DNA of 63,864 nucleotides, the filler included, from Rozella allomycis CSF55 (lineage: Eukaryota): NCBI GenBank assembly GCA_000442015.1. It is 12 parts of 11 records of this genome, joined end to end, with 100 filler letters (N's around TTAATTAATTAA, not from the genome) between each part and the next. Parts side by side here need not be neighbours in the genome. Positions count along the whole stretch, not along the records: positions 34,872 to 39,026 come from KE561170.1; positions 39,127 to 50,067 come from KE561170.1; 10 more parts are not named here. One strand, 5' to 3'. The notes below the pieces were generated by a model. It was not told the DNA's origin. It searched no databases and was given only the letters and a program-made list of their open reading frames with translations. The first letter of the stretch is position 1. Each line of letters begins with the position of its first letter. Positions 35,691 through 47,245 of this stretch are shown here, piece by piece. Both the position numbers and the translations under genes were made by a program.

Positions 35691-38562
35691 ATGAGTGACG
35701 AGATTGTACCTCACCACCATACGCGCAACCGCACAGGTCCGCGCGACAAGAGCGAGCGGTATACGAATGATGCCAAGGTGAATGAGTTGTGGGACCGGTG
35801 CAATACGTCTGAGCCATTGGGTAAATGCCGTGTTGATTTGCGATAGATGTTGAGCATATCCAGCGATCGTTTGTGCGCCATACGACGACGACATTAGGGC
35901 GCACGCATTTCAATGTGGACAAGCTGGCGGCGTACCAGGCGGTGGCACATAGGTAGGCGGTGTTTTGATGTGGTGAGATAGGTAATTGAGTGGATTTTGA
36001 GTGAGATAGGTAAAGTGTTGGGGGTTGGATGAGATAGTGTGAGGGATTTGCTGATTAGGATGTGGAATGATACGCAGCAGCATCATACGCATGAGGATGT
36101 GAAGCGGGTGTATTATTTGTCGCTTGAGTTTCTGTTGGGGAGATCGTTGGACAATACGCTGTTGAATATGCAGTGCAAGGATCTGTATAGAGGTAAGGAG
36201 ATGTGGTGGATTGGAAAGATGCGTTGAAGGGACTGGGATTTAGACTTGAGGATCTGATTGAAGAGGAGTGTGATGCAGCGTTGGGTAATGGAGGATTGGG
36301 ACGGCTTGCTGCGTGTTTTATGGATTCGTTGGCTAGTATGGATTATCCAGCGTGGGGGTATGGGTTGAGGTATACGTATGGGATATTCCAGCAGAGGATT
36401 GTTGATGGATATCAAGTGGAGTAAGGGGATTTGTACACTAAAATTTAGATATCCAGACTTTTGGTTGAATTTTGATAATCCGTGGGAGTTTCCGAGATTG
36501 GATGTTGTGTATGAAGTTAGGTTTTATGGGAGTGTGACAAAGATATCTGATTCGAAGGATGAGACAGCCAAGTATTCGTGGGCTGGAGGAGAAGTTGTGC
36601 AAGCAGTAGCGTATGATGTTCCGATTCCTGGATGGAATACGAAGAATACGATTAATATAAGATTGTGGAGTTCGAAGCCCAAGAAGAAGTTTGATTTGAA
36701 GTCGTTTAATGAAGGCAATTATCAAAAGAGTGTTGAAGAGCAGCAAATGGCAGAGAATATAACGAGTGTGTTGTATCCGAATGACAATACAATGGCAGGG
36801 AAGGAATTGAGATTGAAGCAGCAAGTAAAAAGGATTGTTTGAATTGAGATAGTATTTCTTTATTTGTGCAACGTTGAAAGACATTGTGAGAAGATTTAAA
36901 AAGATGGGACATCCATGGAAAGAGTTTCCCAATAAAGTGGCGATCCAGTTGAATGATACGCATCCATCGCTTTCTATTCCAGAGTTGATGAGAAGATTAG
37001 TTGATATTGAAGGTAAGAAGAGATTGAATATGATTTAAAGGGTTGCCATGGGATGAAGCGTGGGGGATTGTGACGAGAACGTTTGCGTTTACTAACCATA
37101 CTGTGTTACCAGAAGCGTTGGAGAAGTGGCCAGTTCCAATGATGAATAGATTGTTGCCAAGACATTTGCAGATAATATATGATATTAATTTGTATTTTCT
37201 TCAGAATGTAGAAAAGATATTTCCAAATGATCGTGACAAGTTGAGTAGAATGAGTATAATTGAAGAGGGATATCCACAGCAAGTGAGAATGGCTAATTTA
37301 GCTGTGATTGGATCTCATACAGTTAATGGAGTTGCAGAGATTCATTCTCTTCTTGTTAAACATGAAATATTCAAAGATTTTGTTGATTATTTTGGAGTAT
37401 TAAAGTTTCAGAATAAAACAAATGGAATAACTCCAAGAAGGTAAAAGAATTGAATAGATTTGAATAGATGGTTGTTGCAAGCTAATCCAGGGTTGAGTGA
37501 GTTGATAACAGAAGCTTTGGGGAATGATGAGTGGATTGGAGATTTGAGTTTGTTGAAGGGATTGAAAAAGTTTGCAGATGATGAAATATTCCAAGAGAAA
37601 TGGATTCAAGCAAAGTATTCAAGCAAAGAAAAGTTGTGTCAGTACATTAAAGATGTTTGTGACATTCAAATAAATCCAGATTCTATTTTTGATGTTCAAG
37701 TTAAAAGAATTCATGAATACAAGAGACAATTCATGAATATTTTAGCTGTCATCCATTCTTATTTACAATTAAAGAATTCTTCTGTTGAAAAGAGAGAATC
37801 TTTCATTCCAAGAACTGTAATTTTTGCTGGAAAAGCTGCCCCTGGTTATTATATTGCTAAACTAATAATAAAATTAATAAATTCTGTTGCTGATGTAGTC
37901 AACAAGGACAAGGAAACAAATCAATTCTTAAAAGTTGTTTTCATTCCTGATTACAACGTTTCTGCTGCTGAAGTCATCATCCCTGCCTCTGATGTTTCTC
38001 AACACATTTCAACTGCTGGCACTGAAGCTTCTGGAACGTCAAACATGAAATTTGTATTGAATGGTGGGTTAATCATTGGAACCCTCGATGGAGCAAACAT
38101 TGAAATCAAAGATCAAGTGGGCCAAGAAAACATTTTCATCTTTGGCTGTCAAGCTCATCAAGTCAATGACATCCGTCACACCCAAAAGTATTTAATTAAT
38201 TCTTTCTTTCATCATCCAGGTACAGAAAATTGGTCTTGAATCCCTACTTGGAATCTGTCATTGCTGCGCTCAAAGAAGATCGCTTCTGCAAATGGGAAAT
38301 CATTGCTCCCCTGATTGAAACTCTAACTGTTGGCGGTGATTTCTATTTAATCTCCCACGACTTTCAATCTTGTAACAATTCATTGCTTTCTTTATTAGAT
38401 TTGGAAGCTATTTCCAATGTTCAAAAATCTTATCAGGACAGAAGAGGCTGGGCCAAAAAGAGCATTCTGGCTGCTGCTGGAATGGGCATGTTTAGTTCTG
38501 ATAGAACCATCAAAGAGTATGCGCAGGATATTTGGAAATTGACGCCTTGCAGAGTTCCATAA
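35691..38562 (+). CDS. GPH1: Glycogen phosphorylase
   Basis: [76 protein letters not shown]; multi-exon. Confidence 0.97.
35953..36037 (+). other. 85-nt intron made of three tandem GT..GAGATAG micro-intron units
   Basis: Units 35953-35981, 35982-36009, 36010-36037; removing all three restores HS-VRD. Confidence 0.85.
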
Positions 38563-38795
38563 ATTGAATTTGATTTGACTTTTGGAGTTTATAATGTGAA
38601 TATTTTTTAGTTATTTGAGACTCTTTTTAGACTCCAGCAAGGCAGGTTAGTTTCTTCATTCGTACTTTTTATTTTGTCGCTTGTATCATCTTTAATGTTT
38701 TTAAATATTTTTTATATCGCAATATAACGTTTTAACTGCATTTCAACTTTAAAATAGAACATCTTTCCTCCAGTTCAACTTTTTCACCCCGGCTC

Positions 38796-39013
38796 ATGAT
38801 CATTCCAGTTCGCTGCTTCACTTGCGGCAAAGTTATCGGCAACAAATGGGACGACTACCTCTCTCTCCTGCAATCAGATCATTCAGAAGGGTATTCCTCT
38901 ACTTTTAAATTCATTTAGCGAAGCACTCGATGCGCTAGAACTCAAACGGTACTGCTGCCGCAGAATGCTTCTGTCGCACGTCGATCTCATTGAAAAAATG
39001 CTGCATTATAATA
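38796..39013 (+). CDS. RPB10: RNA polymerase I/II/III subunit Rpb10 (3-prime truncated by gap)
   Basis: [18 protein letters not shown]...[19 protein letters not shown]; absent from ORF track because of an intron. Confidence 0.96.
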
Positions 39014-39126
39014 GTAATATTTTTTANNNNNNNNNNNNNNNNNNNNNNNNNNNNNNNNNNNNNNNNNNNNTTAATTAATTAANNNNNNNNNNNNNNNNNN
39101 NNNNNNNNNNNNNNNNNNNNNNNNNN

Positions 39127-41302
39127 TAGAACGTCTCGCTGTCTTCGATCCCTTTGCTCCGACTTTATTCTTAACCAACCGCCCACAGTTACTTGCTCGT
39201 GGAAATGCCCATATGTTATTCAGTATCTAATCAAGCAGAGATGTGGGAAAGTGTTAACCAAAGATATGTGCTCGGATATCCTCTGCGATAGCGAGATAGT
39301 TAAAAGGCTCGTTGCATTTCTGAACTGTCAAAAACAAAACGCCTTGTCTCAAAACTCTGTTAACCATGCGTTCCAGTTTGCATGCCAATATGGGATATTG
39401 GAAATGACCGATGTGCAAGATAAGATGGTGATACGCTGTAATCGAAAGGTCTTTATTGCTGAGACCAGTATAAAACCTGATCTTTCTGCAGACGATAACT
39501 ATGCGATCAGATTAGCTGCGAAAAATGGGCACACTGATATTGTGAAGTATCTTTTAACAAAACCAAGAGTGGATTATGAAAATTGTTCTACTCCGATGAC
39601 ATTTAAATATGGTCGTTCAGATGTTGTGCTCGCCGGTGATATGGGAGTGGATCCAAGTGCAATAGACAATGAAGCTATTCGATTTGCTTCCAAGAACGGT
39701 CATGTAGATATTGTCAAAATTTTGCTTGAAGATTCAAGAGTAGATCCAAGTGCAATAGACAATGAAGCTATTCGATTTGCTTCCAAGAACGGTCATGTAG
39801 ATATTGTCAAAATTTTGCTTGAAGATTCAAGAGTAGATCCAAGTGCAAGAGACAATGAAGCTATTCAATTTGCTTCCAGGAACGGCCATTTAGATATTGT
39901 CAAAATTTTGCTTGAAGATTCAAGAGTAGATCCAAGTGCAATAGACAATGAAGCTATTCGATTTGCTTCCAAGAACGGTCATGTAGATATTGTCAAAATT
40001 TTGCTTGAAGATTCAAGAGTAGATCCAAGTGCATTTTCCAATTGTGCCATTAGGGTTGCTGTAAGTTGCGGGCATATTGAAGTTGTCAAACTTTTGCGTG
40101 AAGACTCTAGAGTAGATCCAAGTGCGAATGACAATTGTGCCATTAGGCTGGCTTCAGGTAATGGGCATATTGAAGTTGTCGAGTTTTTACTGAAACAGTC
40201 TAAAGTAGATCCAACTGCAGAATCCAATCGTGCCATTAGGCTGGCTTCAAGTCACGGACATATTGAAGTTGTCGAGTTTTTACTGAAAGATTCCAGAGTA
40301 GATCCAAGTGCGAATGACAATGAAGCTATTTGCTTGGCTTCATGTCGTGGGCATATTGAAGTTGTAAAGACGTTGCTAGCAGATTCAAGAGTAGATCCAA
40401 GTGCAGGTTCCAATTGTGCCATTCGGACTGCTTCAGGTAATGGGCATATTGAAGTTGTCAAACTTTTGCTTGAAGACTCTAGAGTAGATCCAAGTGCGAA
40501 TGACAATTGTGCCATTCGGAATGCTTCAGGTAATGGGCATATTGAAGTTGTCAAACTTTTGCTTGAAGACTCTAGAGTAGATCCAAGTGCGAATGACAAT
40601 TGTGCCATTAGGAATGCTTCAGGTAATGGGCATATTGAAGTTGTCAAACTTTTGCTTGAAGACTCTAGAGTAGATCCAAGTGCGAATGACAATTGTGCCA
40701 TTCGGAATGCTTCAGGTAATGGGCATATTGAAGTTGTCAAACTTTTGCTTGAAGACTCTAGAGTAGATCCAAGTGCGAATGACAATTGTGCCATTAGGCT
40801 GGCTTCAGGTAATGGGCATATTGAAGTTGTCGAGTTTTTACTGAAACAGTCTAAAGTAGATCCAACTGCAGAATCCAATCGTGCCATTAGGCTGGCTTCA
40901 AGTCACGGACATATTGAAGTTGTAAAGACTTTGCTAGCAGATTCAAGAGTAGATCCAATGTCTTTTGAAAATTATCCTATTTTCTTGGCCGCTGCTAACG
41001 GTCACACGCCAATAGTTAAAATCTTGCTTGAAGATTCTAGGGTCGATCCATGTGCTGCATTAGGCCCTTACGCTATTTGGAAAGCTGCTGAAATGGGACA
41101 TGCGGAAATAGTTAAAATGTTACTAGAAGATTTTAGAATAGATCCAAGTACATGTGACAATCAAGCTCTTCGACGTGCTTCTAAAAACGGTCACACGGCC
41201 ATTGTTAAAATGTTGTTGGCAGATTCTAGAGTACGCGATCATCAATCTAAGCGAATCAAGAGGAATAATCCTGATGTATTAAACGTTGCTGGCAGAATAT
41301 GA
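39127..41302 (+). CDS. F-box + ankyrin repeat protein, paralog (5-prime truncated)
   Basis: RTSRCLRSLCSDFIL...CSWKCPY matches the 7996 gene; long array of 34-aa DSRVDPSA ankyrin repeats. Confidence 0.9.
39650..40960 (+). repeat. Tandem 102-bp coding repeats (ankyrin units), several near-identical
   Basis: Units repeat GATCCAAGTGC...GATTCAAGAGTA at 102-bp period. Confidence 0.9.
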
Positions 41303-41566
41303 ATTATGATGATTAGTGTAACTTTGAATAAATTTTCCTTATATTTTCATTGATGATGCAGATGGGTGAACTTTCAGGGCAAAATTTCATTGGTTTTTCA
41401 ACTATAAAGGGTGCAGCGAGATCCATTTCCAATTTTCAAATAAAATATTCGCAAACAAAAGTAATTTGACTGTTAATGCGTTTCATAAGTTCACGTTTTT
41501 AAGAATCACATCATGCTTCGACCCAGTTCAAGTATTTCTAAATTCTGGAACTTTTAATCAACCAAA

Positions 41567-42180
41567 ATGTTCAAATTTACAACTCCCCTTTTCAAACTAA
41601 CAGAAGACACCCACAAAATAATACTTCGAGCATTTGCTGCGGTAAAATATAATAGCTTATTACAAAGAATCCTAGTCTTGAGACTAAACGCAAATTGTGC
41701 GTATATTATGGGATTAGATACGATAAGATGAAACAGGTGCTGGCTAACGCGCGTAGAAACATTAGAAAAGGTATTTTATATTCGATGTAACTGAAAGGTA
41801 CATTGTCATTTGTACATTTACAGGGCTTTGGACGGATATGGATCCGGTTGTCTTGAAACATGTCAAAGATATGGAAATTCTAGAGGAGACCCGTGCTGAA
41901 AACAACCAAAATGTAGTTAATTTTAGTATTTGTTATAGAATGAAACATTTATGGAGAGTCAGGTGAAGGGTCAAGTTAAAGACAAAGTATCAAACATATG
42001 AGGTTGTAGATTAGGATTATTTCGGAGAAAATTCATACAGGAATAGAATAGTATGTTTATGGTTTGTCTTTTAAAAAGAATAAAACTAACAAAAATCGTT
42101 ACCAGAAGGGGATGGCTAATGGAAGGAATAATAACAGGAGAGGTATAGCGAAAGAGAGGACAAGAGAAATAATTTTGTAG
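41567..42180 (+). CDS. Divergent TALE-like homeodomain protein (multi-exon, not in ORF track)
   Basis: MFKFTTPLFKLTEDTHKIILRAFAA/NPSLETKRKLCVYYGIRYDKMKQVLANARRNIRK after the 26-nt intron 41642-41667. Confidence 0.55.
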
Positions 42181-42206
42181 ATTATCATTGACAACAATAA
42201 ATCAGA

Positions 42207-42507
42207 TTGGCACAGGAAATTTAGCTTCTGGATAATACCTAACGTTTCAAATGCTTTTGGAGCAAAACAAGCTTAGATAGTCGATTTTAGTACCACGCTA
42301 TTTTTATTTGCTTACGTTAAACTGGAAATACCTTTTCTTTTCTTCTTCAGTTTTGATTAGTTCGTCTTCACGTAACATTCCGGAATCTGGATGAATTTTT
42401 AAGCAGTTTTCATTTGGCGAAACGTCAACTTCCTCGTTTAATGGGCGAACAATTATAGGTATATTGGAATCTCCAATAACTATTCTTTCGCAATTACTAG
42501 TTTCCAT
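42207..42507 (-). CDS. Small hypothetical protein; 3-prime splicing ambiguous
   Basis: ORF with AGCCAC 6 nt upstream of ATG; GTAAG donor after FQFN. Confidence 0.45.
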
Positions 42508-42716
42508 CTTCTAGTGGCTGATCCTAAAGGCTAAAGTCTAAAGAACAAATCATGTGTCCAATCATAAAGAGCGTCCCTTAAATGTACATATTCTATCGAC
42601 ACCAAAATTTAACATCCAATTATATAACATTATAATAGATTTCTTTTACATTTTGTATTTTCAAACTTGTAACTTGTCAAACATCTTTGGGTTTAAGCCA
42701 CCTAAACTTTTTCTTC

Positions 42717-43537
42717 ATGGCTACACGTAAATAATAACTTTTATGATTAGCAGGTACTCAATTTGAAAATTCAAATGACGTTGGTGTTTTTTCAAAGCTA
42801 ACCAACTCATACTGTCTGGTTGCTATTGGTGGATCCGAGAATTTCTACTCTGCCTTTGAAAGCGAGTTATACAACACGATACCCGTTGTTCATGCGTCTA
42901 TTTCTGGCACACGTATTATTGGACGTTTGACTGCAGGAAACAGACACGGCTTATTGGTGCCTAATACAACCACAGACCAAGAACTGCAACATTTGAGAAA
43001 CTCTTTGCCAGATTCTGTTGCTATTCAGAGAATCGAAGAACGCTTGTCAGCGCTTGGAAATGTCATTGCATGTAATGATTACGTAGCTTTGGTCCATCCT
43101 GATGTTGACAAAGAAACCGAAGAAATTATTGCAGATGTTTTACAAGTTGAAGTATTTAGACAAACTATAGCTGGTCAAGTATTAACCGGAAGTTATTGTG
43201 CTATTAGTAATCAAGGAGGATTGGTATGGCAAATGATATTAGTTCACTAGGTCCATCCTAAAACTTCAGTAGAGGATCAAGAAGAATTGGCATCCTTGCT
43301 TCAAATTCCTTTAGTTGCCGGTACAGTCAATAGAGGTTCTGATGTAATCGGGGCTGGATTAGTTGTAAATGATTGGTGTGCGTTCACTGGTTTGGATACA
43401 ACGTCGACAGAATTATCAGTCGTCGAGTCCATTTTCAAACTACAACAAATGCAACCAAATGCAATTGTGCACGAAATCAGAGATGCATTGATCGACGGGT
43501 AATTATTATTTACCTTCATTGCAATAGATTGTCATAA
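42717..43537 (+). CDS. TIF6: Eukaryotic translation initiation factor 6
   Basis: [52 protein letters not shown]. Confidence 0.97.
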
Positions 43538-43693
43538 GTATTTTTAAAAATCGTAAATAAAGATCAAGTTATTTCGAATTTTATTAAGCGTCGCTTATCT
43601 TGAGTCATCTTATTGTTTTCTTGTTCCTCTAATTGTCGACTGCCCTATGATATTTCGCACTTTTTTTTGATTTTTTGAATCTCAAATTCTAGT

Positions 43694-44521
43694 ATGGAAG
43701 GAAGGTTATTTCTTTATAATCAAAAGAAAAAGCTTTGCGCATTTGAAAGTTCCTACGATCAGATATCCAAAACCAAATGTTTCGTAGTCCTTGGAGGACT
43801 GACAGATGGCTTTTTGAGTTTACCATACGTTCATTCTTTAAAAGAGAGATTTAGAGATTTTTCAGTAGTACAACCTTTAATATCATCAAGCTATTTAATG
43901 TACGGAACTAGTTCTTTAGATCAAGATGCGGATGACATGCATGATCTTCTTAAGCACTTGATCGTGAATGGGAAAAAAGAAATTTTTGTTATTGGTCATT
44001 CTACTGGAGCCAATATAATGATCAAGTATTGTCAGAGACAGAATTCAATTAATGAATTAAAGGGGGTAATATTACAAGGGGCCGTCTCTGATCGAGCGTA
44101 CAACCAATTAAGTATACCCCAATTTGAAGAGCTAAAACAACTTGCATTAAAATTATGTGATGAAGGTAAAGATGAAGAATTATTACCTCGGTCTTCAGAT
44201 ATCGCACCAATGAGTGCTCGGCGTTTTCTTTCCTTCAATACTTTTGGTGGAGATGACGACATGTTTTCTTTTCATGATCTTGATAAAAATATTTTGGATA
44301 GCATTTATTTTAACATCAAAGTCCCATTAGTATTGGTTCTCTCAGGTCAGGATGAATACGTGCCAAAAACAATCGACCAAAATGTCAATATACTAAAGGC
44401 ACTTAATTATCCTTGCTTCAGAATGGCGAAGCTATTGAGTCGAAGTGATCACGCGATCTCCGACCTCAACAGCCAAGAGGAGTTCAATGTTCTCATTGAA
44501 GAATTTATTAAATTAGTTTAA
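43694..44521 (+). CDS. DUF1749-type alpha/beta hydrolase
   Basis: LGGLTDG, SSLDQD, GHSTG nucleophile elbow, LQGAVSDR, DDDMFS, DEYVP, DH. Confidence 0.85.
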   Translation: MEGRLFLYNQKKKLCAFESSYDQISKTKCFVVLGGLTDGFLSLPYVHSLKERFRDFSVVQPLISSSYLMYGTSSLDQDADDMHDLLKHLIVNGKKEIFVIGHSTGANIMIKYCQRQNSINELKGVILQGAVSDRAYNQLSIPQFEELKQLALKLCDEGKDEELLPRSSDIAPMSARRFLSFNTFGGDDDMFSFHDLDKNILDSIYFNIKVPLVLVLSGQDEYVPKTIDQNVNILKALNYPCFRMAKLLSRSDHAISDLNSQEEFNVLIEEFIKLV

Positions 44522-44542
44522 TAAAACATACCATGGATTTAT

Positions 44543-45772
44543 TTACAATATACCTGTTTCTTTTAGCGCTTTAGAAAGGATAGTGTCTTGTACTGCTGCG
44601 AAAATGTGTTCAATTTGCTTTGTATCGGTAGCACAAGTTAAATGTGGATAGATCATAAGGTTTGAAGTATTCAGCGCCAAAAATTTTTCTTTTATAAATT
44701 CAACGCCTTCATCAAAAGTCGTTCCTTTTCAAAGTTAAAGACTTTCCTTTTACCTTGATACTCGGGAAAGTATTTGTTAATTGGGGAGACTTGGATCTTT
44801 TTTTCAAATATATCCATTTTGTTTAAAAATAAGACAATTGAAGAATTTTGAAACCATCTACTGTTTACGATCGATTCGAACAATACTAAACTCTCAATTA
44901 ACCTATTCTGGGTGAATCGGACTCGTTTGAATTACTTGTGTGGAATCTTCAATCAGAGTTTGGTCATACTCACTTAATGATACAATGTATATCACGGAAG
45001 TAACATTTTCGAAACAATGTATCCATTTCTTCCTTTCTGATCTTTGCCCACCAACATCAAACATGCTCTTATCACATAACTAAGAGATTACTGAATATCA
45101 ACAAGGCCCATCCTAAACCTAATTTCAGCGATACCAGTTGTTTTTATTCTTGCTTTTAGAATATCTTGCGTTGAGGGGACATAATTGGGGTCTGCAATAC
45201 GTTCAACATTGTCAAAAAAGCTTGTCTACAATCAAAGATTTCTTTACTAAGCACTGGAATCTATAAAATATGCCACTCGCATAAGTTGATCAAAAATATC
45301 TTTCACGCCCAATTCATTCCATAAATATGATACCATTTCTTTTATCTCTGGAGGCAGAACTAAACAATTCAAATCGTAATTTAACATGCTCGCATCTTCT
45401 ACATATTTCTTCTTTAAACCCCAAATTTGTTCTTACTTTTCCTAACTCGTCGTCAAACTCCGCATTTATATTTTTTAGGGTTACAGCTGTCTGCTTCAAT
45501 GATTCTGTTAAATTTCTGAATATGTCAGGTCTAAATGCTAATAATTCTTCATTAGAATATCCATCTTGATGTATAATTTTCATTTGTTTCACAATCGTTG
45601 ATTTTCCGGACTCTCCAGACCCTTTTCAGTCATTATTTATAAGGATACCAAGTAAGAGTATTTTTATGATCTTGTCTTTGTTGGTTTCTTCATCTAATAT
45701 TTGCTTATCTATCAGGTTATTGATTCGCCTTTGTTCAGCCAATTCTGCTGACAAAGAACATAAATTGCCCAT
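44543..45772 (-). CDS. Heterotrimeric G-protein alpha subunit
   Basis: [51 protein letters not shown]. Confidence 0.95.
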
Positions 45773-45843
45773 CAGGCCCTTAGCAACAAAGCTCAAAGTT
45801 AAGAAGAACAAAACACAAAGTAATAGAGTCCAAAACTGTTTTA

Positions 45844-47070
45844 TTACATTAAACATACACTTCCTAATGACTTAGCAGATATAAAATCTCGTGTGCTGTC
45901 AAATACTTTCTTGACTTTATTTGTATCCGTCGCACATGTGGTATGAAAAAATATCGGAAGTTGGTACTTATTTTCGGCCATGAATCGTTTTTTAAAATAT
46001 TTAACAACCGAATCAATAGTATTATCACCTATGTAAAAAAATAAACTGTATGTTACCAACATAATCAGTAAAATATTTCGATAGAGGAACTACAGTTAAT
46101 TTATCCTCTGTTAACAAATCGATTTTGTTAAAGAAAAGAATGAATGAGCAGTTCAGCAATCGCAAAGAGTTAACCAAAGAGCCAAAAAGTCTTAGTGCGT
46201 CGTTTATTCGGTTCTACATCACATATATAAGAATAAATTACAACTGATGAATCTTCTGCCATGACTTGATCGTATTCATTAATAGCAACGAGAAAAATAA
46301 CGCTTGTGATATCATCCATGACATGGATCCATTTTTTTCTTTCAGTGACTTGACCACCAACGTCAAATACTCTATAATTGTATGAAAATAATTCAGTTAC
46401 TTGAAATTAAAGCCCCCATCATAAAAAGATACAGAAGAGATACCAGTAGTTTTTGTTCGACACCGAATAATATCTTCAACTGTAGGTACATAAGTAGGTT
46501 GGATTAAACGATCAACATCACCCAAAAAGCTAAAATTGAAAATGCGTCACAAAATTACTATTCAGCTGAATCTAGAATATATGTTGTCCTGCGCAGTGTA
46601 TTTATATTTTCCGACAGTAAATTCCAAATATACTTGATTGAAATCAATTGTTCATTTGAGATGGATTTCACTGGCTCGTACAAGTTAACTTTCATTATTT
46701 TATTTATATGAATCTAATTTTTTTCAGGGTTATATAATTTACTTTCGTCTCTTCATCTACATTGGCAGCGCCAATTTTGACAAACTCGTACACTGATCTA
46801 CATAATTGTTGCACAGCCTCAAAAATATTTGTGTATACGTTTTTTCGAAACCTCATTCGTTCTTCTGTTGAAAAGCCACCCAAATAAACTATCTGAAGTT
46901 GCTTTAGCAAGGTTGTTTTCCCACTTTCACCTGGGCCTTTGTATTTTTAGAAAAACTAAAATACCTGTAAGTAGGACTCTAATTTCCCTTGAAAAATTAG
47001 ATTTATGAGCCTTTATATCTTGGTTAATTCTAAAATTTCTGTAACGAGCTTTAAAATTAAAACAGCCCAT
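45844..47070 (-). CDS. Second, divergent G-protein alpha subunit
   Basis: [50 protein letters not shown]. Confidence 0.92.
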
Positions 47071-47245
47071 ATCGCGAACACCGTGGCTAGGAAGTGGCGC
47101 AGTTTTCATCTGGAAATTGGATATTAATAGATGAAATGCCATTAATGGCATGCCATTGGTCCTATCTTTTTATAGTAATTCATCTAATCTATTTTTTAAA
47201 CTGCCAAATTCGATTGAATTCAATTTTTTGAAATTAGTATTTATA

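Noticed and set aside
39979-40887. Long antisense ORFs over ankyrin genes and other shadow ORFs in the track
   Set aside because: They are mirror frames of repetitive or real coding sequence with no independent protein features.
39650-40960. CRISPR-like regular repeat array
   Set aside because: Repeats are in-frame 102-bp ankyrin units with no unique spacers and no cas genes; eukaryotic context.
42270-42315. Possible 18-nt intron + 4-nt exon + 22-nt intron in the 42507 gene
   Set aside because: No conserved protein to fix the frame; a single 44-nt intron is equally possible.
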